From Syntrophales bacterium (lineage in GTDB: Bacteria; Desulfobacterota; Syntrophia; Syntrophales; PHBD01), in contig OY764159.1 of the NCBI GenBank assembly GCA_963668175.1, positions 3,456,001 through 3,520,000 of the forward strand: 64,000 nt of DNA, written 5' to 3'. The notes beneath the pieces are model-generated. The model worked only from the letters and a program-made list of their open reading frames with translations, had not been told where the DNA came from and ran no database searches. Positions 27,288 to 38,311 of this stretch are shown in pieces. Each line of letters starts with the position of its first letter. Within the stretch, counting starts at the first letter, position 1. The position numbers and the translations under genes were made by a program.

Positions 27288-28430
27288 TTATTTCTTACCC
27301 ACGTTGACGATTTTCAGGAGTTTCGGTTTCCCCTTCTCGATCTGAACAATGCTCACTTCGCTCAGGCCGTCGCCGTTGGGGGTGAAGGAAAAGGTTCCCT
27401 GGACGCCCTTGTATCCCTGGGTGGCAAGAATGGCTTGACGGATCTTGCCCCGATCTTCGCCGGCTTTCTTCATGGCATTGGCCAGGATCTTCAGACCGTC
27501 GTAAGTCCACACGTTGAGCGTGTCGTACTCCTCGCCGTACTCCTTCTTGTAAGCCGCGGCATAACGCTTGTTTTCCGCGGTCTGTCCCGGAACAAAATCG
27601 ACTACGGCCCAGATTCCCTCGGCCGCCTCCTTGGCGAGGTTCAGGCTGTCTTTCGATGCCGCGCTGGGCGAGCCGAGAAACTTGAAGGGGGAACCGAGCT
27701 GGCGAACCTGCCGCTGGAGCAGAGCTGTGGCTTCCTGGTGACCGTAGAAGACCAGGATTTGCGCTCCGGCATTCTTCATGGCCAGGAGTTCGGCGGTAAA
27801 ATCCTTCGCCGCGGTCGCAGTCTTCTCTCTTCTTACGATCGTCAGGCCTGCTTCCTTGGCGCCTTTCTCTACAAGGTCGGCGCCGCCCGTGCCCATTGCA
27901 TCCGCATCGTGCAGGAGCCCTATTTTCGTAAACTTGGTGTCTTCCTTGATGTATTTAACCATGGCTCCGGCGGCGATCGAGTCGTCGGGCCGCACCCGGA
28001 ACAGCCAGGGGTTCCCCTGTTTCGTGATGTTGACGTTGGTGGCGCCGATGATCGTGGGAATGCCGTAGTTTTTGATGGCGTCCGCCGTGGCAAGAACCTG
28101 AGTGCTGTACAGGCAGCCGACCAGGGCCACTACTTTCTCCTGTTCCACGGCCTTCTGCAGTGCCGCCAGCGCTCCGGGGTTGGTGGACTGGTTGTCTATG
28201 ATCCTAAGATCGATCTTCTTTCCGTTTATTCCGCCGGCGGCATTGATCTCCTTGACGGCCAGCTTTATGGCCTTTACCTGGAGAGATCCCGCTGCGGCAT
28301 GGACACCTGTTATGGGGGGAGTAAACCCGATACGGATCGTTTGATCCGCCATCGCTATGCCGCTTCCGAATATCGCCACAATCATGACAGATAAGAAAAT
28401 AACCGATAACACACGCATCCTGTTTATCAT
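27288..28430 (-). CDS. LIV-type ABC substrate-binding protein
   Basis: Signal peptide, EINAAGGINGKKI, GVQGTFSF. Confidence 0.88.
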   Translation of the reverse strand: MINRMRVLSVIFLSVMIVAIFGSGIAMADQTIRIGFTPPITGVHAAAGSLQVKAIKLAVKEINAAGGINGKKIDLRIIDNQSTNPGALAALQKAVEQEKVVALVGCLYSTQVLATADAIKNYGIPTIIGATNVNITKQGNPWLFRVRPDDSIAAGAMVKYIKEDTKFTKIGLLHDADAMGTGGADLVEKGAKEAGLTIVRREKTATAAKDFTAELLAMKNAGAQILVFYGHQEATALLQRQVRQLGSPFKFLGSPSAASKDSLNLAKEAAEGIWAVVDFVPGQTAENKRYAAAYKKEYGEEYDTLNVWTYDGLKILANAMKKAGEDRGKIRQAILATQGYKGVQGTFSFTPNGDGLSEVSIVQIEKGKPKLLKIVNVGKK

Positions 28431-28598
28431 GTCTTCCTCCCTCTTTCTGTTCGATAAGGTTCGATAAAGACTCGTTCCGGGGCAAACCGATCCGACTATT
28501 CAGCCGTGTTGTCTTCAGGCAATTGGAACGGACGATCACCCCCTTTCAGTCGTTTCACCTTTATCCATGATCACTGCACCTCTCGGCGCTGTTTCACT

Positions 28599-29405
28599 TT
28601 ACGGCTCTTTAAATGAACCGGATATTCTCCGGGATGTTTCCGATACCAGCTTCGCAAAGAGGTCGCCCGTATTTGCGGTAACCCGGTTTTTCGGAGACGA
28701 GATACTGATAGCCGCCACGCACTCTCCCCTGGAGTTCAGTATGGGCGCGGCAACGCAGTAAACTCCCGCCAGGGCTTCCTCATTATCGACCGCCACCTTC
28801 CTGATCCTGACCTTCTCGATTTCCGCAATCAAATCGTCAACGGTCGCAATCGTATTTTGAGCGTATTTCTTCAGGGAGGTACTCAAGCCGTATATCTGCC
28901 GGATGTCTTCATTGCTGAAATAGGACAGCAATATCTTGCCCGTCGCGCAGCAGTAGCCTGGAAACCTCGCACCGGCCGTCGTCGATATGCGAAGCATCGC
29001 GTCCGATTCCAGCCGGTAGATGTAGCGGATGCCGTTATATTCCCACACGGCTGCGTTCACGGTTTCTCCGCACGTTTCGTAGAGCTCCGTCATAAAGGGA
29101 GCCATGGTTATGCGAAGGAATCTTTCCCTCCTGGAGTCCATGCCGATCTCCAGTGTCCGCACGCCAAGGCCGTACATTCTTGTCTTGATATTCTGCTGGA
29201 TGAATTTTCGAGCTACCAGGGTGCTCAGGACACGATGGACCGTACCTTTCATCATGCCGAGTTTCTGGCATATCTCCGTGATAGAGAGATCCCTGCCCTG
29301 GTCGATCAGAAGTTCCAGGATTAAAAGCGCTTTATCGAGAGAGGTGACGCGGTATTTGCTTTCGGAATGCGACGGAGTCTCGGAAGTTACGGGCGTGTGC
29401 TTCAT
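28599..29405 (-). CDS. IclR-family transcriptional regulator
   Basis: SLDKALLILE HTH, CGETVN, ATGKILLS, CVAAPI; GGAGG RBS before MKHTP. Confidence 0.88.
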   Translation of the reverse strand: MKHTPVTSETPSHSESKYRVTSLDKALLILELLIDQGRDLSITEICQKLGMMKGTVHRVLSTLVARKFIQQNIKTRMYGLGVRTLEIGMDSRRERFLRITMAPFMTELYETCGETVNAAVWEYNGIRYIYRLESDAMLRISTTAGARFPGYCCATGKILLSYFSNEDIRQIYGLSTSLKKYAQNTIATVDDLIAEIEKVRIRKVAVDNEEALAGVYCVAAPILNSRGECVAAISISSPKNRVTANTGDLFAKLVSETSRRISGSFKEP

Positions 29406-29790
29406 CAATAAAGCCTCCATGCGGTGAAAATTCTGTCTGACGGGAATAAAATTTTTATCACGCGGAAAAACAATGTCAAGGAAATGTTCCACATGTTTAA
29501 AATTAAGTTCTAATATACGGAACAGCAGGCCATCGACCGATGCAAAAGGCCCATTCGTATTTTCGCTCAACGGCCCTTGAATAGACGTCCGGAAGAACCT
29601 TGTTAACGATCGGCCGTTATCCATTGAGCCAATTCACCATTTGCCGCAGAATATCTTCACGGGAGATTGGGCGTATTATACTGACTTTATATATGATATA
29701 AACAACGCAGCAGACTGCGGCAGGCTCAGAGCCGGAATGCGAAGCGGATTTACAGGGCCGATATACAGCGACAGGAACCGAGGAGTCGTC

Positions 29791-31089
29791 ATGAAGAAAA
29801 TCCCCAGGCGCGAAGCAGCACATCATAAAAGCGACGGAGACTATCCCGAAGCCGAAAGCCGGCGATGGAAGCAGTTCCGGCAGATGCTGGAGCAGGACGA
29901 GGATGTGTACAAAAAAATATGGGAGAGCTCCCTCTCGGGACTCTATCTGTCGCAGGACGGTATCTTTCAGGCCGTAAGCCCCCTGATCACGTCGTTTACA
30001 GGTTATCGTGTGGAGGAGTTGATCGGAAAAAAAGCGGACAGCATTATTTACCCGGAAGACATAGAGGGCGTGAGAAAAAACGTCCGCGAAACCCTTTCCG
30101 GAAAAAGAATGTCTCCCTATGAATTCCGAATTGTTACGAAACAGGGAAAGATCTGTTGGGTTCTGGAAACGATCACCGCCACGCTGTTCAAAGGCAGGCC
30201 CGCCATCCTGGGCAACTTTATGGATATATCCGAGAGGAAAGCGGTCGAAAACCTGCTGAAGGAATCGGAAACCCTGTATCGCGCCATCTTCGAAACGACG
30301 GGCGCCGCAACCGTTATTATCGAAGACGACATGACCGTCACTTTGATCAACTCCGAATTTGAAAGGATGACGGGATACAGGAAAGAAGACTGGGAAGGGA
30401 AGAAGAAATGGCCCGAGTATATCGCCCCCAAAGACATTCCCAGAATGATCAAGTCGCACAAGTTGAGGAGGATCGACCCGAAGGCCCCGCCGAGAACATT
30501 CGAACACGATCTGGTCGACAGTCGGGGCAGAATCCGGCACATGGTGGTGGTGGTCGATCTGATTCCGGGAACAAAGCGTAGCGTTTCGTCTTTTTTCGAC
30601 GTCACTGCATGGAAAGAGGCGGAACGGGGATTGAAAAAGAGAGAACAGGAATTAAGGGCCCAGTCCCGCAATCTAAAGGAACTGAACACGGCCTTGAGGG
30701 TTCTCCTCAAGCAAAGGGAGAACGACCGCGCGGAATTCGAGGACGTTATCCTTTCGAATGTCAAGGAACTCGTCCTCCCTTATGTCGAAAAGATTCAAAA
30801 GAGTAATACGAATACGGAAACCGCCGCTTACATCGACATCGTTGCATCCAATTTGAAGGACATCATTTCTCCCTTCTCTCACAGAATTTCCGCGAAGCAT
30901 TCAAATCTCACTCAGAGGGAAATTCTGATCGCCAGCTTCATCAAGGAAGGCAAAACCAGCAAGGAAATCGCCGACATCCTTAATATATCCAAGAGTGCCA
31001 TCGATATCCACCGCTTCCGCCTGAGAAAAAAACTCGGGTTGAATAATAAGAAAGTCGACCTGAGGACCCATCTCATCAACTTTTCCTGA
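29791..31089 (+). CDS. PAS-PAS-LuxR HTH transcriptional regulator
   Basis: Two PAS-like domains; C-terminal LTQREILIA...GKTSKEIADILNIS...HRFRLRKKLG. Confidence 0.87.
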   Translation: MKKIPRREAAHHKSDGDYPEAESRRWKQFRQMLEQDEDVYKKIWESSLSGLYLSQDGIFQAVSPLITSFTGYRVEELIGKKADSIIYPEDIEGVRKNVRETLSGKRMSPYEFRIVTKQGKICWVLETITATLFKGRPAILGNFMDISERKAVENLLKESETLYRAIFETTGAATVIIEDDMTVTLINSEFERMTGYRKEDWEGKKKWPEYIAPKDIPRMIKSHKLRRIDPKAPPRTFEHDLVDSRGRIRHMVVVVDLIPGTKRSVSSFFDVTAWKEAERGLKKREQELRAQSRNLKELNTALRVLLKQRENDRAEFEDVILSNVKELVLPYVEKIQKSNTNTETAAYIDIVASNLKDIISPFSHRISAKHSNLTQREILIASFIKEGKTSKEIADILNISKSAIDIHRFRLRKKLGLNNKKVDLRTHLINFS

Positions 31090-31093
31090 CTGC

Positions 31094-31116
31094 TATATTA
31101 CCAATTTTGTAATATA
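31094..31116. promoter_or_regulatory. Inverted repeat, candidate operator upstream of the TRAP operon
   Basis: TATATTAC-N7-GTAATATA in an AT-rich intergenic patch. Confidence 0.35.
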
Positions 31117-31405
31117 TATTTAAAACATATTCAATATTGATCTCATGCCGGGACGGGCCTATGATGGTACCCGAAAATGCGAATTCAGACCGTTATGGCA
31201 TGAAGGGCCGGACCACATGGAGCGATCTGAACGTGCACGCCGGCAGTGATGTCCGGGCGGGCATGTTACATAAGGAAAGCGTTGTCAGGGGCTCTCTTAA
31301 TCAGCGTTACGGGAGAGCCGATAGGCGGCGGAAGATGGGGGCTCCCTTCCGGGGGTGCCGCCATACTGCCGAACCGATTTATTCATCAGAGAGGAGGAAA
31401 GGGAA

Positions 31406-32428
31406 TTGGAACGTAAGCGTAGAAAGGTAACCGTGTTCTTTTTGGCTTTGGCTTTTACCGTCGCGCTGGCCGGCGCAGGATTGCGCGATGCCGCCGCGGC
31501 CGTGACCATTCGGTTGGGTTTTATCGTCTCGCCGACCCATTCGTATGTCGTAGCAGCCAAATCCTTTAAACAGGAGGTCGAGTCCAAGACGAAGGACGCC
31601 GTCAAAGTGACTATTCACGGCGGCGGCGTCATGGGCGGCGAGCGTCAGATGATCGAAGCCGTCATTCGCGGAGATCTCGATATGGGCTGGAGTTCCGACA
31701 TAGGACTGGCCGCAATCTATCCGGAACTGGGATTCGTGAATCTGCCCTACTTGTTCAAGAACTACGCCGAGGCCGACGCAAAATACCGCCACGGCTGGAT
31801 CGGCCAGAAGATCATCAGTTTCATGGATGCCAAAGGCGTCAAGGTCCTGGGTATCGGTGAGAACGATTTCCGCGGCCTGACGAATTCAAAACGTCCCATC
31901 ACGAAGGGCGAAGATTTCAAGGGATTGAAACTCCGGGTTCCGGAAGTGCCCATGTACATCGATTTCTATAAGGCCCTGGGAGTCCTTCCCACGCCGATGG
32001 CCATCACGGAGTTATCCACGGCCTTGCAGCAGAAGACGGTCGACGGACAGGACAACGGCGCCATCATCACCTACGACCTGGGGCTGCAGCAGTTCCAGAA
32101 ATATGCCACCAAGGCGCAGCAGATCTATTCCGGCATGGAAATGTGCATGTCGAAAAAGACCTGGGACAAGCTGACGCCGGCCCAGCAGAAGATCGTTGCC
32201 GAGGCCGCCAAGAAGGCCGCCGACGAACAGGTGAAAGTCAATCGCGAGCACGTGGCCCAGAGGTATGCGGCCATGGCGAAAGCCGGCATGCAGGTCATCG
32301 ACCCGCCGCCTCAACTGGTCAGCGACCTGAAAGCGGTCGCCGTCAAGATTTGGAACGACCCCAAGTACGAGAAGCTGTACGGTAAAGAGGTTATGGATCG
32401 CATTAAGAAGGAAGCTGCGAAGAAATAG
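31406..32428 (+). CDS. dctP: TRAP transporter substrate-binding protein
   Basis: Signal peptide, KGLKLRVP, ALQQKTVDGQDN; probable TTG start after GAGGAGG. Confidence 0.88.
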   Translation: MERKRRKVTVFFLALAFTVALAGAGLRDAAAAVTIRLGFIVSPTHSYVVAAKSFKQEVESKTKDAVKVTIHGGGVMGGERQMIEAVIRGDLDMGWSSDIGLAAIYPELGFVNLPYLFKNYAEADAKYRHGWIGQKIISFMDAKGVKVLGIGENDFRGLTNSKRPITKGEDFKGLKLRVPEVPMYIDFYKALGVLPTPMAITELSTALQQKTVDGQDNGAIITYDLGLQQFQKYATKAQQIYSGMEMCMSKKTWDKLTPAQQKIVAEAAKKAADEQVKVNREHVAQRYAAMAKAGMQVIDPPPQLVSDLKAVAVKIWNDPKYEKLYGKEVMDRIKKEAAKK

Positions 32429-32527
32429 ATTTCCTGACTTCTCTCTTTGATCGCTGGGGAGGGGCGGGCGGAACCGGTTCCGCTACGCTCCCCCTCACGC
32501 GATAGAATGAAACGAGGTAAACGCTCA

Positions 32528-33082
32528 ATGAAACTGTTGGAAAAATTCGTCAATGCCCTGACGGGAGTGGAATACTGGGTGACCGTCCCGCTGTTCGTCG
32601 TGATGCTCATCGTGATGCTCCTGCAGGTGGTTTGCCGCTATATCCTGGAGATTCCGCTGGCATTCTCCGAGGAGCTGGCCCGTTACCTGTTCGTCGCCTG
32701 CACCTTTCTGGGCGCGGCCATTGCCACCGCCGAACGCGGCCATATCGAAATCAACTTCGTCGAACTGGCGATCGTCAGATTCCTTAAAAATCCCTCAGGA
32801 CGGATGAGGGCCGCCATCTTCATGAATATCTTTCGCGACCTCGGCACCGTTGTCTGTCTGTCCTTCGTCACTTATGAATCTTATCACCTGGTCACGGACC
32901 AGGTGAAAATGGGGCAGATTTCCACCGCCATGGAAATACCTCTCTGGATCGTGACGGCTTCCATGTTTCTTGGGCTTGCGCTCTGCATCCTGCACAGCCT
33001 GGCGTTGATCGTTCTCAACCTGGCCGGACGCGGCCCCATGGGATACGAGTTCGCGGAAGGAGAGCAATCGTCATGTATCTGA
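32528..33082 (+). CDS. dctQ: TRAP transporter small permease
   Basis: QVVCRY, SEELARY; four hydrophobic segments. Confidence 0.87.
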   Translation: MKLLEKFVNALTGVEYWVTVPLFVVMLIVMLLQVVCRYILEIPLAFSEELARYLFVACTFLGAAIATAERGHIEINFVELAIVRFLKNPSGRMRAAIFMNIFRDLGTVVCLSFVTYESYHLVTDQVKMGQISTAMEIPLWIVTASMFLGLALCILHSLALIVLNLAGRGPMGYEFAEGEQSSCI

Positions 33083-34377
33083 TCAGCATGTTCATCCTGT
33101 TTTTCGTCGTTCTGGCCGTCCTGCGCATTCCCATTCCCTTCAGCGCCGGGCTGGCCGGCATCCTCTGCATGTTTCTGGGCGACATCCCTCTGACCGTCAT
33201 CCCCGCCCGCATGTTCGGCAGCGTCGATTCCTTCGCCTTTCTGGCCATTCCCGCCTTTATCTATTCGGGCGATGTCATGGCCCTCGGCGGAATCACGGCG
33301 GCGATGATCACCTGGGTGCGGTCGCTCACGGGACGGCTGAAGGGCAGCGTCGCCGCCACGGCGGTGATCGCGTCGGCCCTGTTCGGGACGATATCCGGTT
33401 CCTCCGTCGCCACCGTCAGCGCCATCGGCGGCATGATGCTCCCCGAAATGGTCAAGGCCGGCTACGACAAGCGATACGCCACCGCCCTGGTCGCGGCCTC
33501 CGGCTTTCTGGGCATCCTCATACCGCCGAGCATTCCGGGTGTCGTCTACGCCCTGTCCGTCGGTCTCCCCGTCGGCGACGTCTGGCTCGCCACGGCCGTG
33601 CCGGGCGTCCTCCTGACCATTGTCTATGTGGTCTATAACCGTATATTCTTCGCCCACCACGAGATCCAGGATACGGGAGCATTCACCGCCCGCACCTACT
33701 TTCAGAAAGTCGCCAAGACTTCGGCCCGGGGCGTCGTCGCCCTTCTCATGCCCGTCATCATCTTCGTGGGCGTTTACGGCGGCATCATGACGCCGACGGA
33801 AGCCGGCGCCGTGGCCGTGGCCTACGGTCTCCTGGCGGGATGGGTCATCTATCCCCTTATATTCAAGGACAAGTCGGAAGCGGGTTTGATCGCCATTACG
33901 AAGAAGAGCGCCGTAACGAGCGCCGCCATCATGCTCCTGATCGCCTTTGCGGCCATTCCCAGCGCCATGTTCACCTACGGCGACTGCGCCACGGCCGTAA
34001 CGGACTGGCTTCTCGGCATCACGCAGTCCCCGGTTGTCTTTCTCCTCCTTGTCAACGGCGTGCTTCTGATCGTCGGGATGTTCATGGAAACCAACACGAG
34101 CATCCTGCTTCTTGCCCCCATTCTGGCGCCGGCGGCCACGGCTTTCGGCATCGATCCGATCCACTTTTCGGCCGTCATGCTCCTTAATCTCGAAATCGGC
34201 ATGATCACGCCTCCCTTTGCCTGCAACATCTTCGTAGCCTGCAGGCTCGGCGACCTCAGTATGGACAAGATCCTCGTTCCTATTCTGGGATTCATTGCCT
34301 GCTGTATTCCGGTCCTGTTCGCGACCACATACGTTCCCTCCATATCGCTCTGTATTGTCCGATGGATGGGACACTAG
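33073..34377 (+). CDS. dctM: TRAP transporter large permease
   Basis: SGSSVA, LIPPSIP, TPTEAG, GMITPP. Confidence 0.9.
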   Translation: MYLISMFILFFVVLAVLRIPIPFSAGLAGILCMFLGDIPLTVIPARMFGSVDSFAFLAIPAFIYSGDVMALGGITAAMITWVRSLTGRLKGSVAATAVIASALFGTISGSSVATVSAIGGMMLPEMVKAGYDKRYATALVAASGFLGILIPPSIPGVVYALSVGLPVGDVWLATAVPGVLLTIVYVVYNRIFFAHHEIQDTGAFTARTYFQKVAKTSARGVVALLMPVIIFVGVYGGIMTPTEAGAVAVAYGLLAGWVIYPLIFKDKSEAGLIAITKKSAVTSAAIMLLIAFAAIPSAMFTYGDCATAVTDWLLGITQSPVVFLLLVNGVLLIVGMFMETNTSILLLAPILAPAATAFGIDPIHFSAVMLLNLEIGMITPPFACNIFVACRLGDLSMDKILVPILGFIACCIPVLFATTYVPSISLCIVRWMGH

Positions 34378-34409
34378 ATATCTCATATATGAAAGGAAGA
34401 AGATTCAAC

Positions 34410-35780
34410 ATGGCAGTAGCTTCAGCGATAAGAACGAACCCTGCAAGTGCATACGGCAATAAGCTGGTTTCTCCCGAAGAGGCCGTGAAGGCCGTCAAAT
34501 CGGGCGATGTCGTTCACTATGGGGGTTTTAACGGAACGGTATACGATCTGGACGAGGCCCTGGCCAAAAGGATCCATGAACTTCATGACCTGAAAATCAT
34601 CAACAGCATCTGGCCCTATGCCCATCGCCCGGCAATCATGCAGGCCGATCCCAAGGGCGAACACGTCAAATGGCAGTCTACCCAATTCAGCCCGGTGGAA
34701 CGGCAGATGAACAGGGACGGTATCTGCTGGTACATTCCCGTGCAGTACCGGGAGCAGCTGAAATACTGGCGCCAGGATACGAAGATCGATGTGTCCATGT
34801 TCCAGGTCGCCCCCATGGATAAGAACGGGTTTTTCAATGTAGGCCCCCAGGTATCGGACGCCCCGGCCGTCATCGAACGCGCCAGGACCATCATCGTGGA
34901 AGTCAACGAAAAGATGCCGCGCGTCTGCGGGGCGTACGGCGACGCCCTGCACATATCAGACGTCGATTATGTCGTCCAGGGCGCGAACCGCCCCCTGCCC
35001 GAGCGCTTGGCCGGCGCACCCAATGCCGTCCAGCAGAAAATCGCGGAACTCATCGTACCCCTGATACATGACGGCAGCAGTCTGCAATTGGGTATCGGAG
35101 GACTTCCCAACAGCGTCGGCAACCTGATCGCCGCCTCCGATATCAAAGACCTGAGCGTCCATTCGGAAATGTTCGTGGATGCCTTCTTGAATCTCTACAA
35201 GGTTGGAAAAATTACGGGAAACAAGAATCTGGACCGCGGCAAAATGGTCTGGACCTTTTCCATGGGTTCCCAGGAACTCTATGACTTTATCGATCAAAAT
35301 CCCTTGCATCTTGTTTATCCTGTCGAGTATGTAAACGAAATATCGACGATAGCCAAACTCGACAATTTCGTTTCCATCAACAGCTGCCTGGAAGTGGACC
35401 TGTTCGGCCAGGTGAATTCGGAGTCGTCGGGTATGCAGCATATCGGCGGCAACGGCGGGCAACTCGATTTCGTTCTGGGCGCCTATCTGTCCAAGGGCGG
35501 CCAGAGCTTCCTCTGCACGCCTTCCACCCTCAGGACGAAAGATGGGCAGCTGAAAAGCCTGATACGGGGCCGTTTTGACGCCGGTGCGGTCGTCACGGTG
35601 CCGCGGCAGGCCACGCACTATATCGTCACCGAGTACGGCGTGGCCAATATGAAGGGGAAGTCGACGTGGCAGCGTGCTGAGGCCCTCATCAACGTCGCCC
35701 ATCCGGACTTCCGGGACGAGTTGGTCCGTGAAGCGGAAAAAATGGGCGTGTGGAAGATCAGCAGCCGCTGCAGTAAGTGA
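34410..35780 (+). CDS. Acetyl-CoA hydrolase/transferase-family CoA-transferase (Cat2/But-like)
   Basis: LQLGIGGLPN, HSEMFVD, GGQLDF, IVTEYGVANMKGKS, AHPDFR. Confidence 0.88.
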   Translation: MAVASAIRTNPASAYGNKLVSPEEAVKAVKSGDVVHYGGFNGTVYDLDEALAKRIHELHDLKIINSIWPYAHRPAIMQADPKGEHVKWQSTQFSPVERQMNRDGICWYIPVQYREQLKYWRQDTKIDVSMFQVAPMDKNGFFNVGPQVSDAPAVIERARTIIVEVNEKMPRVCGAYGDALHISDVDYVVQGANRPLPERLAGAPNAVQQKIAELIVPLIHDGSSLQLGIGGLPNSVGNLIAASDIKDLSVHSEMFVDAFLNLYKVGKITGNKNLDRGKMVWTFSMGSQELYDFIDQNPLHLVYPVEYVNEISTIAKLDNFVSINSCLEVDLFGQVNSESSGMQHIGGNGGQLDFVLGAYLSKGGQSFLCTPSTLRTKDGQLKSLIRGRFDAGAVVTVPRQATHYIVTEYGVANMKGKSTWQRAEALINVAHPDFRDELVREAEKMGVWKISSRCSK

Positions 35781-35875
35781 TGACAGATGCGGGAACGGCC
35801 GTCCTGACGGTTTCCCCGCCGCGTAGCGGGTCTGCCGGCATGCCGCAGCCTCCAGTTTTGCAGGAGCAGGAGATT

Positions 35876-37102
35876 ATGGAAAAAAAGAAGACGTCGAAGC
35901 AACTACTGGGCGAACTGCTCGCCAAACATTACGCGGATGCCCTGGAAGCAAAGAAGGCGGGAGAACTTGTGGCCTGGTCCACATCGATTGCGCCCCAGGA
36001 GCTTCTGGAGACGATGAATATCAAGGTTGTCTATCCCGAAAACCACGCAGCGGCCATCGGTGCGAGAAAAGACGCCCCGATGTTCCTTGAAGACGCGGAG
36101 AGTAACGGATACTCGCTCGATCTATGTTCGTATGCACGCGTCAATATCGGTTACTCGAACATCCGGGAAAGTCTGGCCGGCAATATCCCCCTGCCCGACC
36201 TTCTCTTCTGCTGCAGCAACATCTGTATGACCGTCATCAAATGGTACGAGAATCTGGCTCATGAACTCCATATCCCCATGATCCTCATCGATACGCCTTT
36301 TAACCACACTTACCAGATTTCGGACGAAAGCGTTCGATATATCCACGGACAGATGGAACACGCCATCAAACAGTTGGAGGCGATCACGGGAAAACGATTC
36401 GACCGGGACCGCTTCCAGGAGGTCATGAAAATCTCTTCCGAGACGGCGAAATGGTGGAAAAAGGCCACGTCGCTGGCCATGGCGAAGCCGTCGCCTTTCA
36501 ACGGCTTCGATATGTTCAACTACATGGCGATTATCGTCTGTATGCGGGGAACCAGGGAAGCGCTGGCGCTCTTCAAGCTGTGGGCGGAGGAGTTGCAGGA
36601 AAAGATAGACCGCGGCGAAGGGCCATGGAAAGATCAGGAAGAGAAATACCGCATCATGTGGGACGGAATCGCCTGTTGGCCCCACCTGTCCGATACGGCC
36701 CGGGTGTTGAAGAAGAACGGGATCAATATGGTTGCTTCGACCTACCCGGACTCATGGACGGTCGTTTACGACAGCGACGATCCGGACACGATGGCAAGGG
36801 CCTACAGCGCAAATTACGTCAACCGGAATCTCGATTACGGCACAGGCAACATCGTTCAACTGGTGAAAGATTTCTCCCTGGACGGCATCATCTACCATTC
36901 CAACCGGAGCTGCAAACTGATGGATTTTCGGCAGTACGAAGTGCAGCGCCGCGTACAGGAGAAGACGGGCATCCCCTCCGTTATTTTCGACGGAGACCAG
37001 ACGGACCCGCGGGCTTTTTCCCTGGCGCAGTACGAAACGAGGATTCAGGCCCTGGTCGAGATGATGGAGCAACGGAAAGAAGAAAGGGCCCGCAGAGTAT
37101 GA
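35876..37102 (+). CDS. 2-hydroxyacyl-CoA dehydratase alpha subunit (HgdA/HadB/FldB family)
   Basis: VYPENHAAAIGA, DLCSYAR, HSNRSCK, FDGDQTDPR. Confidence 0.88.
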   Translation: MEKKKTSKQLLGELLAKHYADALEAKKAGELVAWSTSIAPQELLETMNIKVVYPENHAAAIGARKDAPMFLEDAESNGYSLDLCSYARVNIGYSNIRESLAGNIPLPDLLFCCSNICMTVIKWYENLAHELHIPMILIDTPFNHTYQISDESVRYIHGQMEHAIKQLEAITGKRFDRDRFQEVMKISSETAKWWKKATSLAMAKPSPFNGFDMFNYMAIIVCMRGTREALALFKLWAEELQEKIDRGEGPWKDQEEKYRIMWDGIACWPHLSDTARVLKKNGINMVASTYPDSWTVVYDSDDPDTMARAYSANYVNRNLDYGTGNIVQLVKDFSLDGIIYHSNRSCKLMDFRQYEVQRRVQEKTGIPSVIFDGDQTDPRAFSLAQYETRIQALVEMMEQRKEERARRV

Positions 37103-38232
37103 ATCGCATCGAAGAGATCATCGAACTTTTGACGGATACGGCAAGCCATCCGGCGAAGGCGGTGAAAACCGCCATGAAGGAAACGGGAAAAAAGGCCGTC
37201 GGCTGTTTTCCCTATTACACGCCCGACGAGATCATCTACGCCGCGGGCTTTCTGCCCGTCGGCCTCTGGGGCGGCCAGACGGACGTAAAACTGGCCGACA
37301 AGTATTTGCAGAGTTTCTGCTGTTCCATCATGCGGATCAACGTCGAGCAGGGCATGAAAGGGCTGTACGATTTTCTGTCGGCCGTCGTGATTCCCATCTA
37401 CTGCGATACGTTGAAATGCATTTGCGACAACTGGACCGTGGCCGTACCGCAAACCCATTTGATTCCTATTTACTATCCGCAGCATCGCCGGATCGCAACG
37501 GGTATTGCCTATCTCGTGGACGAATACGGGAAGATCCAGAACGATCTCGAAAATATCGCCGCAAAGAAGGTGACGGAAGAGGACCTCAAGGCCGCCATCG
37601 CGCTTTACGACGATTACCGCCGGACCATGCGGCAATTTACGGTCCTCGTCGGCCGTTATCCGCTGACGCTGAATGCCAAGACGCGCCATGCCGTCATCAA
37701 GGCCGGCTATTTCATGGACAAGAAGACCTACACGCCTTTGGTCAGGGAACTCATGGCAGCGTTGGAGAAGACGCCTGCAGAGAAATTCAACGGGATCAAG
37801 GTGGTGGTCACCGGCATCATGGCCGAACCGGACATCCTGCTGGATGCCTTCGTACAGAACCGGATTGCCTTCGTCGCAGACGATCTTGCCCAGGAATCGA
37901 GGCAGTTCAGGACGGCAACGCGCAGCGAAGGGACCGCCATCGAAAGATTGGCCTATCGAATTGCCGATCAGTACGGTTGTTCGCTTCTATATGACGAAAA
38001 AAAGACGCGCGGGAAGATGCTGGTCGATATGGTTCAGGAAACCAAAGCCGACGGCGTGGTCGTGTCCATGATGAAATTCTGCAACCCCGAGGAGTTCGAT
38101 TACCCCATCTTCAAGAAGGAACTTGAAGAGGCGAATATTCCCGTACTGTACCTGGAAATCGAGCAGAAAATGGATGCAGCGGAACAGATCCGGACCCGGA
38201 TTCAGAGTTTCGCCGAAATGCTGAAACGATAA
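37099..38232 (+). CDS. 2-hydroxyacyl-CoA dehydratase beta subunit (HgdB/HadC/FldC family)
   Basis: PVGLWGG, CDTLK, DDLAQESRQFR, MKFCNPEEFDYP; start overlaps the alpha stop. Confidence 0.88.
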   Translation: MNRIEEIIELLTDTASHPAKAVKTAMKETGKKAVGCFPYYTPDEIIYAAGFLPVGLWGGQTDVKLADKYLQSFCCSIMRINVEQGMKGLYDFLSAVVIPIYCDTLKCICDNWTVAVPQTHLIPIYYPQHRRIATGIAYLVDEYGKIQNDLENIAAKKVTEEDLKAAIALYDDYRRTMRQFTVLVGRYPLTLNAKTRHAVIKAGYFMDKKTYTPLVRELMAALEKTPAEKFNGIKVVVTGIMAEPDILLDAFVQNRIAFVADDLAQESRQFRTATRSEGTAIERLAYRIADQYGCSLLYDEKKTRGKMLVDMVQETKADGVVVSMMKFCNPEEFDYPIFKKELEEANIPVLYLEIEQKMDAAEQIRTRIQSFAEMLKR

Positions 38233-38311
38233 GCAGCGGGTAAGCGCATCATCGGCCTGTGAAAAGCAATCCGGACTACCGTTGAAAACTATGTTTCTCT
38301 GAGGAGGAAAG